Source of the DNA: Auanema rhodensis
Taxonomy: Eukaryota > Animalia > Nematoda
Direction of reading: 5' to 3'
DNA: 64,000 nucleotides
Assembly (NCBI GenBank): GCA_964057225.1
Contig: OZ059897.1
Span: forward strand, 23,047,031-23,111,030
Below, piece after piece: positions 1 to 11,789 of the stretch. The position numbers and the translations under genes were made by a program. Each line of letters opens with the position of its first letter. The stretch's first letter is position 1. The notes beneath the pieces were generated by a model that saw only the letters and a program-made list of their open reading frames with translations, did not search any database and was not told the origin of the DNA.

Positions 1-2667
1 ACGTGAACTTTAATTAATGCTAATTAAATGTACACGTGATGTGCACTTGGTATGTAACTCGCTTCACGTGAAAGATAAAGAGATGCGGTTTTCAAAATTA
101 GATTCCCCATGTCCATATTAGTCTAAAAACAAATTTTTATTGATATTGCTTCATGGTAACCATGACTTTGAAATTTACGTGAACTTTAATTTATGCTAAT
201 TAAATGTACACGTGATGTGCACTTGGTATGTAACTCGCTTCACGTGAAAGATAAAGAGATGCGGTTTTCAAAATTAGATTCCCCATGTCCATATTATTCT
301 AAAAACAAATTTTTATTGATATTGGTTCATGGTAACCATGACTTTGAAATTTACGTGAACTTTAATTTATGCTAATTAAATGTACACGTGATGTGCACTT
401 GGTATGTAACTCGCTTCACGTGAAAGATAAAGAGATGCGGTTTTCAAAATTAGATTCCCCATGTCCATATTAGTCTAAAAACGAATTTTTATTGATATTG
501 GTGCATGGTAACCATGACTTTGAATTTTACGTGAACTTTAATTTATGCTAATTAAATGTACACGTGATGTGCACTTGGTATGTAACTCGCTTCACGTGAA
601 AGATGAAGAGATGCGGTTTTCAAAATTAGATTCCCCATGTCCATATTAGTCTAAAAACAAATTTTTATTGATATTGCTTCATGGTAACCATGACTTTGAA
701 ATTTACGTGAACTTTAATTTATGCTAATTAAATGTACACGTGATGTGCACTTGGTATGTAACTCGCTTCACGTGAAAGATAAAGAGATGCGGTTTTCAAA
801 ATTAGATTCCCCATGTCCATATTAGTCTAAAAACAAATTTTTATTGATATTGGTTCATGGTAACCATGACTTTGAAATTTACGTGAACTTTAATTTATGC
901 TAATTAAATGTACACGTGATGTGCACTTGGTATGTAACTCGCTTCACGTGAAAGATAAAGAGATGCGGTTTTCAAAATTAGATTCCCCATGTCCATATTA
1001 TTCTAAAAACAAATTTTTATTGATATTGGTTCATGGTAACCATGACTTTGAAATTTACGTGAACTTTAATTTATGCTAATTAAATGTACACGTGATGTGC
1101 ACTTGGTATGTAACTCGCTTCACGTGAAAGATAAAGAGATGCGGTTTTCAAAATTAGATTCCCCATGTCCATATTAGTCTAAAAACGAATTTTTATTGAT
1201 ATTGGTGCATGGTAACCATGACTTTGAATTTTACGTGAACTTTAATTTATGCTAATTAAATGTACACGTGATGTGCACTTGGTATGTAACTCGCTTCACG
1301 TGAAAGATGAAGAGATGCGGTTTTCAAAATTAGATTCCCCATGTCCATATTAGTCTAAAAACAAATTTTTATTGATATTGCTTCATGGTAACCATGACTT
1401 TGAAATTTACGTGAACTTTAATTTATGCTAATTAAATGTACACGTGATGTGCACTTGGTATGTAACTCGCTTCACGTGAAAGATAAAGAGATGCGGTTTT
1501 CAAAATTAGATTCCCCATGTCCATATTAGTCTAAAAACAAATTTTTATTGATATTGCTTCATGGTAACCATGACTTTGAAATTTACGTGAACTTTAATTT
1601 ATGCTAATTAAATGTACACGTGATGTGCACTTGGTATGTAACTCGCTTCACGTGAAAGATAAAGAGATGCGGTTTTCAAAATTAGATTCCCCATGTCCAT
1701 ATTAGTCTAAAAACAAATTTTTATTGATATTGGTTCATGGTAACCATGACTTTGAAATTTACGTGAACTTTAATTTATGCTAATTAAATGTACACGTGAT
1801 GTGCACTTGGTATGTAACTCGCTTCACGTGAAAGATAAAGAGATGCGGTTTTCAAAATTAGATTCCCCATGTCCATATTAATCTAAAAACAAATTTTTAT
1901 TGATATTGGTGCATGGTAACCATGACTTTGAAATTTACGTGAACTTTAATTTAAGCTAATTAAATGTACACGTGATGTGCACTTGGTATGTAACTCGCTT
2001 CACGTGAAAGATAAAGAGATGCGGTTTTCAAAATTAGATTCCCCATGTCCATATTAGTCTAAAAACAAATTTTTATTGATATTGCTTCATGGTAACCATG
2101 ACTTTGAAATTTACGTGAACTTTAATTTATGCTAATTAAATGTACACGTGATGTGCACTTGGTATGTAACTCGCTTCACGTGAAAGATAAAGAGATGCGG
2201 TTTTCAAAATTAGATTCCCCATGTCCATATTAGTCTAAAAACAAATTTTTATTGATATTGGTTCATGGTAACCATGACTTTGAAATTTACGTGAACTTTA
2301 ATTTATGCTAATTAAATGTACACGTGATGTGCACTTGGTATGTAACTCGCTTCACGTGAAAGATAAAGAGATGCGGTTTTCAAAATTAGATTCCCCATGT
2401 CCATATTAGTCTAAAAACAAATTTTTATTGATATTGCTTCATGGTAACCATGACTTTGAAATTTACGTGAACTTTAATTAATGCTAATTAAATGTACACG
2501 TGATGTGCACTTGGTATGTAACTCGCTTCACGTGAAAGATAAAGAGATGCGGTTTTCAAAATTAGATTCCCCATGTCCATATTAGTCTAAAAACAAATTT
2601 TTATTGATATTGCTTCATGGTAACCATGACTTTGAAATTTACGTGAACTTTAATTTATGCTAATTAA
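1..2667 (+). repeat. 176-bp tandem satellite array, block 1 (15 full monomers plus 27 bp; probably continues beyond the window start)
   Basis: ACGTGAACTTTAAT recurs at 1, 177, 353 ... 2641 (1+176n) with no indels. Copies differ from consensus by only 0-3 substitutions. Confidence 0.99.
152..1555 (+). repeat. 4-monomer (704-bp) tandem higher-order duplication
   Basis: SNP set TATTCT (297/1001), ACGAAT (483/1187), GAATTTT and GATGAAG (605/1309) repeats at +704. Confidence 0.9.
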
Positions 2668-3564
2668 TAATGGACATGGGGAATCTAATTTTGAAAACCG
2701 CATCTCTTTATCTTTCACGTGAAGCGAGTTACATACCAAGTGCACATCACGTGTACATTTAATTAGCATAAATTAAAGTTCACGTAAATTTCAAAGTCAT
2801 GGTTACCATGAACCAATATCAATAAAAATTTGTTTTTAGACTAATATGGACATGGGGAATCTAATTTTGAAAACCGCATCTCTTTATCTTTCACGTGAAG
2901 CGAGTTACATACCAAGTGCACATCACGTGTACATTTAATTAGCATAAATTAAAGTTCACGTAAATTTCAAAGTCATGGTTACCATGAAGCAATATCAATA
3001 AAAATTTGTTTTTAGACTAATATGGACATGGGGAATCTAATTTTGAAAACCGCATCTCTTTATCTTTCACGTGAAGCGAGTTACATACCAAGTGCACATC
3101 ACGTGTACATTTAATTAGCTTAAATTAAAGTTCACGTAAATTTCAAAGTCATGGTTACCATGCACCAATATCAATAAAAATTTGTTTTTAGATTAATATG
3201 GACATGGGGAATCTAATTTTGAAAACCGCATCTCTTTATCTTTCACGTGAAGCGAGTTACATACCAAGTGCACATCACGTGTACATTTAATTAGCATAAA
3301 TTAAAGTTCACGTAAATTTCAAAGTCATGGTTACCATGAACCAATATCAATAAAAATTTGTTTTTAGACTAATATGGACATGGGGAATCTAATTTTGAAA
3401 ACCGCATCTCTTTATCTTTCACGTGAAGCGAGTTACATACCAAGTGCACATCACGTGTACATTTAATTAGCATAAATTAAAGTTCACGTAAATTTCAAAG
3501 TCATGGTTACCATGAAGCAATATCAATAAAAATTTGTTTTTAGACTAATATGGACATGGGGAAT
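1510..3564. repeat. Long inverted repeat: arms 1510-2404 and 2670-3564 (895 bp each), 265-bp spacer
   Basis: Private SNPs at 1954/3120 and 1881/3193 mirror each other (both coordinate pairs sum to 5074). The common variant state of five consecutive monomers also mirrors. The first mismatch is at 1509/3565. Confidence 0.9.
2661..2675. other. Orientation-switch (inversion) junction within the satellite array
   Basis: The junction reads GCTAATTAA-TA-ATGGACATGGGG. The forward monomer matches to 2667 and the reverse monomer from 2670. An alternative reading is TAA microhomology at 2665-2667 plus one extra A. Confidence 0.97.
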
Positions 3565-6500
3565 ATAATTTTGAAAACCGCATCTCTTTATCTTTCACGT
3601 GAAGCGAGTTACATACCAAGTGCACATCACGTGTACATTTAATTAGCATAAATTAAAGTTCACGTAAATTTCAAAGTCATGGTTACCATGAAGCAATATC
3701 AATAAAAATTTGTTTTTAGACTAATATGGACATGGGGAATCTAATTTTGAAAACCGCATCTCTTTATCTTTCACGTGAAGCGAGTTACATACCAAGTGCA
3801 CATCACGTGTACATTTAATTAGCATAAATTAGAGTTCACGTAAATTTCAAAGTCATGGTTACCATGAACCAATATCAATAAAAATTTGTTTTTAGACTAA
3901 TATGAACATGGGGAATCTAATTTGGAAACCGCATCTCTTTATCTTTCACGTGAAGCGAGTTACATACCAAGTGCACATCACGTGTACATTTAATTAGCAT
4001 AAATTAAAGTTCACGTAAATTTCAAAGTCATGGTTACCATGAAGCAATATCAATAAAAATTTGTTTTTAGACTAATATGGACATGGGGAATCTAATTTTG
4101 AAAACCGCATCTCTTTATCTTTCACGTGAAGCGAGTTACATACCAAGTGCACATCACGTGTACATTTAATTAGCATAAATTAAAGTTCACGTAAATTTCA
4201 AAGTCATGGTTACCATGAAGCAATATCAATAAAAATTTGTTTTTAGACTAATATGGACATGGGGAATCTAATTTTGAAAACCGCATCTCTTTATCTTTCA
4301 CGTGAAGCGAGTTACATACCAAGTGCACATCACGTGTACATTTAATTAGCATAAATTAAAGTTCACGTAAATTTCAAAGTCATGGTTACCATGAACCAAT
4401 ATCAATAAAAATTTGTTTTTAGACTAATATGGACATGGGGAATCTAATTTTGAAAACCGCATCTCTTTATCTTTCACGAGAAGCGAGTTACATACCAAGT
4501 GCACATCACGTGTACATTTAATTAGCATAAATTAAAGTTCACGTAAAATTCAAAGTCATGGTTACCATGCACCAATATCAATAAAAATTTGTTTTTAGAC
4601 TAATATGGACATGGGGAATCTAATTTTGAAAACCGCATCTCTTTATCTTTCACGTGAAGCGAGTTACATACCAAGTGCACATCACGTGTACATTTAATTA
4701 GCATAAATTAAAGTTCACGTAAAATTCAAAGTCATGGTTACCATGCACCAATATCAATGAAAATTTGTTTTTAGACTAATATGGACATGGGGAATCTAAT
4801 GTTGAAAACCGCATCTCTTTATCTTTCACGTGAAGCGAGTTACATACCAAGTGCACATCACGTGTACATTTAATTAGCATAAATTAAAGTTCACGTAAAT
4901 TTCAAAGTCATGGTTACCATGCACCAATATCAATAAAAATTTGTTTTTAGACTAATATGGACATGGGGAATCTAATTTTGAAAACCGCATCTCTTTATCT
5001 TTCACGTGAAGCGAGTTACATACCAAGTGCGCATCACGTGTACATTTAATTAGCATAAATTAAAGTTCACGTAAATTTCAAAGTCATGGTTACCATGCAC
5101 CAATATCAATAAAAATTTGTTTTTAGACTAATATGAACATGGGGAATCTAATTTTGGAAACCGCATCTCTTTATCTTTCACGTGAAGCGAGTTACATACC
5201 AAGTGCACATCACGTGTACATTTAATTAGCATAAATTAAAGTTCACGTAAATTTCAAAGTCATGGTTACCATGAAGCAATATCAATAAAAATTTGTTTTT
5301 AGACTAATATGGACATGGGGAATCTAATTTTGAAAACCGCATCTCTTTATCTCTCACGTGAAGCGAGTTACATACCAAGTGCACATCACGTGTACATTTA
5401 ATTAGCATAAATTAAAGTTCACGTAAAATTCAAAGTCATGGTTACCATGCACCAATATCAATAAAAATTTGTTTTTAGACTAATATGGACATGGGGAATC
5501 TAATTTTGAAAACCGCATCTCTTTATCTTTCACGTGAAGCGAGTTACATACCAAGTGCACATCACGTGTACATTTAATTAGCATAAATTAAAGTTCACGT
5601 AAATTTCAAAGTCATGGTTACCATGCACCAATATCAATAAAAATTTGTTTTTAGACTAATATGGACATGGGGAATCTAATTTTGAAAACCGCATCTCTTT
5701 ATCTTTCACGTGAAGCGAGTTACATACCAAGTGCACATCACGTGTACATTTAATTAGCATAAATTAAAGTTCACGTAAATTTCAAAGTCATGGTTACCAT
5801 GAACCAATATCAATAAAAATTTGTTTTTAGACTAATATGGACATGGGGAATCTAATTTTGAAAACCGCATCTCTTTATCTTTCACGAGAAGCGAGTTACA
5901 TACCAAGTGCACATCACGTGTACATTTAATTAGCATAAATTAAAGTTCACGTAAAATTCAAAGTCATGGTTACCATGCACCAATATCAATAAAAATTTGT
6001 TTTTAGACTAATATGGACATGGGGAATCTAATTTTGAAAACCGCATCTCTTTATCTTTCACGTGAAGCGAGTTACATACCAAGTGCACATCACGTGTACA
6101 TTTAATTAGCATAAATTAAAGTTCACGTAAAATTCAAAGTCATGGTTACCATGCACCAATATCAATGAAAATTTGTTTTTAGACTAATATGGACATGGGG
6201 AATCTAATGTTGAAAACCGCATCTCTTTATCTTTCACGTGAAGCGAGTTACATACCAAGTGCACATCACGTGTACATTTAATTAGCATAAATTAAAGTTC
6301 ACGTAAATTTCAAAGTCATGGTTACCATGAACCAATATCAATAAAAATTTGTTTTTAGACTAATATGGACATGGGGAATCTAATTTTGAAAACCGCATCT
6401 CTTTATCTTTCACGTGAAGCGAGTTACATACCAAGTGCACATCACGTGTACATTTAATTAGCATAAATTAAAGTTCACGTAAATTTCAAAGTCATGGTTA

Positions 6501-7782
6501 CCATGAACCAATATCAATAAAAATTTGTTTTTAGACTAATATGGACATGGGGAATCTAATTTTGAAAACCGCATCTCTTTATCTTTCACGTGAAGCGAGT
6601 TACATGGCAAGTGCACATCACGTGTACATTTAATTAGCATAAATTAAAGTTCACGTAAATTTCAAAGTCATGGTTACCATGAAGCAATATCAATAAAAAT
6701 TTGTTTTTAGACTAATATGGACATGGGGAATCTAATTTTGAAAACCGCATCTCTTTATCTTTCACGTGAAGCGAGTTACATACCAAGTGCACATCACGTG
6801 TACATTTAATTAGCATAAATTAAAGTTCACGTAAATTTCAAAGTCATGGTTACCATGAACCAATATCAATAAAAATTTGTTTTTAGACTAATATGGACAT
6901 GGGGAATCTAATTTTGAAAACCGCATCTCTTTATCTTTCACGTGAAGCGAGTTACATACCAAGTGCACATCACGTGTACATTTAATTAGCATAAATTAAA
7001 GTTCACGTAAAATTCAAAGTCATGGTTACCATGCACCAATATCAATAAAAATTTGTTTTTAGACTAATATGGACATGTGGAATCTAATTTTGAAAACCGC
7101 ATCTCTTTATCTTTCACGTGAAGCGAGTTACATACCAAGTGCACATCACGTGTACATTTAATTAGCATAAATTAAAGTTCACGTAAATTTCAAAGTCATG
7201 GTTACCATGAACCAATATCAATAAAAATTTGTTTTTAGACTAATATGGACATGGGGAATCTAATTTTGGAAACCGCATCTCTTTATCTTTCACGTGAAGC
7301 GAGTTACATACCAAGTGCACATCACGTGTACATTTAATTAGCATAAATTAAAGTTCACGTAAATTTCAAAGTCATGGTTACCATGAACCAATATCAATAA
7401 AAATTTGTTTTTAGACTAATATGGACATGGGGAATCTAATTTTGGAAACCGCATCTCTTTATCTTTCACGTGAAGCGAGTTACATACCAAGTGCACATCA
7501 CGTGTATATTTAATTAGCATAAATTAAAGTTCACGTAAATTTCAAAGTCATGGTTACCATGCACCAATATCAATAAAAATTTGTTTTTAGACTAATATGG
7601 ACATGGGGAATCTAATTTTGAAAACCGCATCTCTTTATCTTTCACGTGAAGCGAGTTACATACCAAGTGCACATCACGTGTACATTTAATTAGCATAAAT
7701 TAAAGTTCACGTAAATTTCAAAGTCATGGTTACCATGAACCAATATCAATAAAAATTTGTTTTTAGACTAATATGGACATGG

Positions 7783-10700
7783 GGAATCTAATTTTGAAAA
7801 CCGCATCTCTTTATCTTTCACGTGAAGCGAGTTACATACCAAGTGCACATCACGTGTACATTTAATTAGCATAAATTAAAGTTCACGTAAATTTCAAAGT
7901 CATGGTTACCATGAACCTATATCAATAAAAATTTGTTTTTAGACTAATATGGACATGGGGAATCTAATTTTGAAAACCTCATCTCTTTATCTTTCACGTG
8001 AAGCGAGTTACATACCAAGTGCACATCACGTGTACATTTAATTAGCATAAATTAAAGTTCACGTAAATTTCAAAGTCATGGTTACCATGCACCAATATCA
8101 ATAAAAATTTGTTTTTAGACTAATATGGACATGGGGAATCTAATTTTGAAAACCGCATCTCTTTATCTTTCACGTGAAGCGAGTTACATACCAAGTGCAC
8201 ATCACGTGTACATTTAATTAGCATATATTAAAGTTCACGTAAATTTCAAAGTCATGGTTACCATGAACCAATATCAATAAAAATTTGTTTTTAGACTAAT
8301 ATGGACATGGGGAATCTAATTTTGAAAACCGCATCTCTTTATCTTTCACGTGAAGCGAGTTACATACCAAGTGCACATCACGTGTACATTCAATTAGCAT
8401 AAATTAAAGTTCACGTAAATTTCAAAGTCATGGTTACCATGAACCAATATCAATAAAAATTTGTTTTTAGACTAATATGGACATGGGGAATCTAATTTTG
8501 AAAACCGCATCTCTTTATCTTTCACGTGAAGCGAGTTACATACCAAGTGCACATCACGTGTAAATTTAATTAGCATAAATTAAAGTTCACGTAAATTTCA
8601 AAGTCATGGTTACCATGAAGCAATATCAATAAAAATTTGTTTTTAGACTAATATGGACATGTGGAATCTAATTTTGAGAACCGCATCTCTTTATCTTTCA
8701 CGTGAAGCGAGTTACATACCAAGTGCACATCACGTGTACATTTAATTAGCATAAATTAAAGTTCACGTAAATTTCAAAGTCATGGTTACCATGAACCACT
8801 ATCAATAAAAATTTGTTTTTAGACTAATATGGACATGAGGAATCTAATTTTGAAAACCGCATCTCTTTATCTTTCACGTGAAGCGAGTTACATACCAAGT
8901 GCACATCACGTGTACATTTAATTAGCATAAATTAAAGTTCACGTAAAATTCAAAGTCATGGTTACCATGCACCAATATCAATAAAAATTTGTTTTTAGAC
9001 TAATATGGACATGTGGAATCTAATTTTGAAAACCGCATCTCTTTATCTTTCACGTGAAGCGAGTTACATACCAAGTGCACAACACGTGTACATTTAATTA
9101 GCATAAATTAAAGTTCACGTAAATTTCAAAGTCATGGTTACCATGAACCAATATCAATAAAAATTTGTTTTTAGACTAATATGGACATGGGGAATCTAAT
9201 TTTGAAAACCGCATCTCTTTATCTTTCACGTGAAGCGAGTTACATACCAAGTGCACATCACGTGTACATTTAATTAGCATAAATTAAAGTTCACGTAAAT
9301 TTCAAAGTCATGGTTACCATGAACCAATATCAATAAAAATTTGTTTTTAGACTAATATGGACATGGGGAATCTAATTTTGAAAACCGCATCTCTTTATCT
9401 TTCACGTGAAGCGAGTTACATACCAAGTGCACATCACGTGTACATTTAATTAGCATAAATTAAAGTTCACGTAAATTTCAAAGTCATGGTTACCATGAAC
9501 CAATATCAATAAAAATTTGTTTTTAGACTAATATGGACATGGGGAATCTAATTTTGAAAACCGCATCTCTTTATCTTTCACGTGAAGCGAGTTACATACC
9601 AAGTGCACATCACGTGTAAATTTAATTAGCATAAATTAAAGTTCACGTAAATTTCAAAGTCATGGTTACCATGAAGCAATATCAATAAAAATTTGTTTTT
9701 AGACTAATATGGACATGTGGAATCTAATTTTGAAAACCGCATCTCTTTATCTTTCACGTGAAGCGAGTTACATACCAAGTGCACATCACGTGTACATTTA
9801 ATTAGCATAAATTAAAGTTCACGTAAATTTCAAAGTCATGGTTACCATGAACCTATATCAATAAAAATTTGTTTTTAGACTAATATGGACATGGGGAATC
9901 TAATTTTGAAAACCTCATCTCTTTATCTTTCACGTGAAGCGAGTTACATACCAAGTGCACATCACGTGTACATTTAATTAGCATAAATTAAAGTTCACGT
10001 AAATTTCAAAGTCATGGTTACCATGCACCAATATCAATAAAAATTTGTTTTTAGACTAATATGGACATGGGGAATCTAATTTTGAAAACCGCATCTCTTT
10101 ATCTTTCACGTGAAGCGAGTTACATACCAAGTGCACATCACGTGTACATTTAATTAGCATATATTAAAGTTCACGTAAATTTCAAAGTCATGGTTACCAT
10201 GAACCAATATCAATAAAAATTTGTTTTTAGACTAATATGGACATGGGGAATCTAATTTTGAAAACCGCATCTCTTTATCTTTCACGTGAAGCGAGTTACA
10301 TACCAAGTGCACATCACGTGTACATTCAATTAGCATAAATTAAAGTTCACGTAAATTTCAAAGTCATGGTTACCATGAACCAATATCAATAAAAATTTGT
10401 TTTTAGACTAATATGGACATGGGGAATCTAATTTTGAAAACCGCATCTCTTTATCTTTCACGTGAAGCGAGTTACATACCAAGTGCACATCACGTGTAAA
10501 TTTAATTAGCATAAATTAAAGTTCACGTAAATTTCAAAGTCATGGTTACCATGAAGCAATATCAATAAAAATTTGTTTTTAGACTAATATGGACATGTGG
10601 AATCTAATTTTGAGAACCGCATCTCTTTATCTTTCACGTGAAGCGAGTTACATACCAAGTGCACATCACGTGTACATTTAATTAGCATAAATTAAAGTTC

Positions 10701-11789
10701 ACGTAAATTTCAAAGTCATGGTTACCATGAACCACTATCAATAAAAATTTGTTTTTAGACTAATATGGACATGAGGAATCTAATTTTGAAAACCGCATCT
10801 CTTTATCTTTCACGTGAAGCGAGTTACATACCAAGTGCACATCACGTGTACATTTAATTAGCATAAATTAAAGTTCACGTAAAATTCAAAGTCATGGTTA
10901 CCATGCACCAATATCAATAAAAATTTGTTTTTAGACTAATATGGACATGTGGAATCTAATTTTGAAAACCGCATCTCTTTATCTTTCACGTGAAGCGAGT
11001 TACATACCAAGTGCACAACACGTGTACATTTAATTAGCATAAATTAAAGTTCACGTAAATTTCAAAGTCATGGTTACCATGAACCAATATCAATAAAAAT
11101 TTGTTTTTAGACTAATATGGACATGGGGAATCTAATTTTGAAAACCGCATCTCTTTATCTTTCACGTGAAGCGAGTTACATACCAAGTGCACATCACGTG
11201 TACATTTAATTAGCATAAATTAAAGTTCACGTAAATTTCAAAGTCATGGTTACCATGAACCAATATCAATAAAAATTTGTTTTTAGACTAATATGGACAT
11301 GGGGAATCTAATTTTGAAAACCGCATCTCTTTATCTTTCACGTGAAGCGAGTTACATACCAAGTGCACATCACGTGTACATTTAATTAGCATAAATTAAA
11401 GTTCACGTAAATTTCAAAGTCATGGTTACCATGAACCAATATCAATAAAAATTTGTTTTTAGACTAATATGGACATGGGGAATCTAATTTTGAAAACCGC
11501 ATCTCTTTATCTTTCACGTGAAGCGAGTTACATACCAAGTGCACATCACGTGTAAATTTAATTAGCATAAATTAAAGTTCACGTAAATTTCAAAGTCATG
11601 GTTACCATGAAGCAATATCAATAAAAATTTGTTTTTAGACTAATATGGACATGTGGAATCTAATTTTGAAAACCGCATCTCTTTATCTTTCACGTGAAGC
11701 GAGTTACATACCAAGTGCACATCACGTGTACATTTAATTAGCATAAATTAAAGTTCACGTAAATTTCAAAGTCATGGTTACCATGAACC
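7783..11789 (-). repeat. 11-monomer (1936-bp) tandem higher-order duplication
   Basis: About ten rare SNPs recur at exactly +1936: 7918/9854, 7979/9915, 8226/10162, 8391/10327, 8563/10499, 8678/10614, 8799/10735, 8838/10774, 9082/11018, 9619/11555. Confidence 0.92.

Noticed and set aside
55-95. CENP-B box
   Set aside because: No match to TTCG-N4-A-N2-CGGG on either strand of the consensus.
33-140. Budding-yeast point centromere (CDEI-like ATCACGTG plus AT-rich DNA)
   Set aside because: No ~80-bp >90% AT CDEII and no CDEIII (TTCCGAA core); point centromeres are not tandem arrays.
1-176. Tandem 5S rRNA, tRNA, snRNA or spliced-leader gene array; telomeric repeat
   Set aside because: No recognisable box A/B/C, cloverleaf or conserved RNA motif, and no TTAGG(G)-type short repeat. 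An Rfam scan would be the formal test.
1-176. Assignment to a named 176-bp satellite or species on length alone
   Set aside because: Monomer length is not diagnostic and I do not recognise the sequence; a database search is required.
193-375. 60-aa ORF MLIKCTRDVH… (also 897-1079)
   Set aside because: It arises only where a SNP turns the monomer's TAG into TAT. Nearly all other copies keep the stop, there is no recognisable domain, and the second copy is just the 704-bp duplication.
1510-3564. Transposon (MITE/foldback element) with terminal inverted repeats
   Set aside because: Arms and spacer are pure satellite continuous with the flanks; no target-site duplication, distinct termini or transposase.
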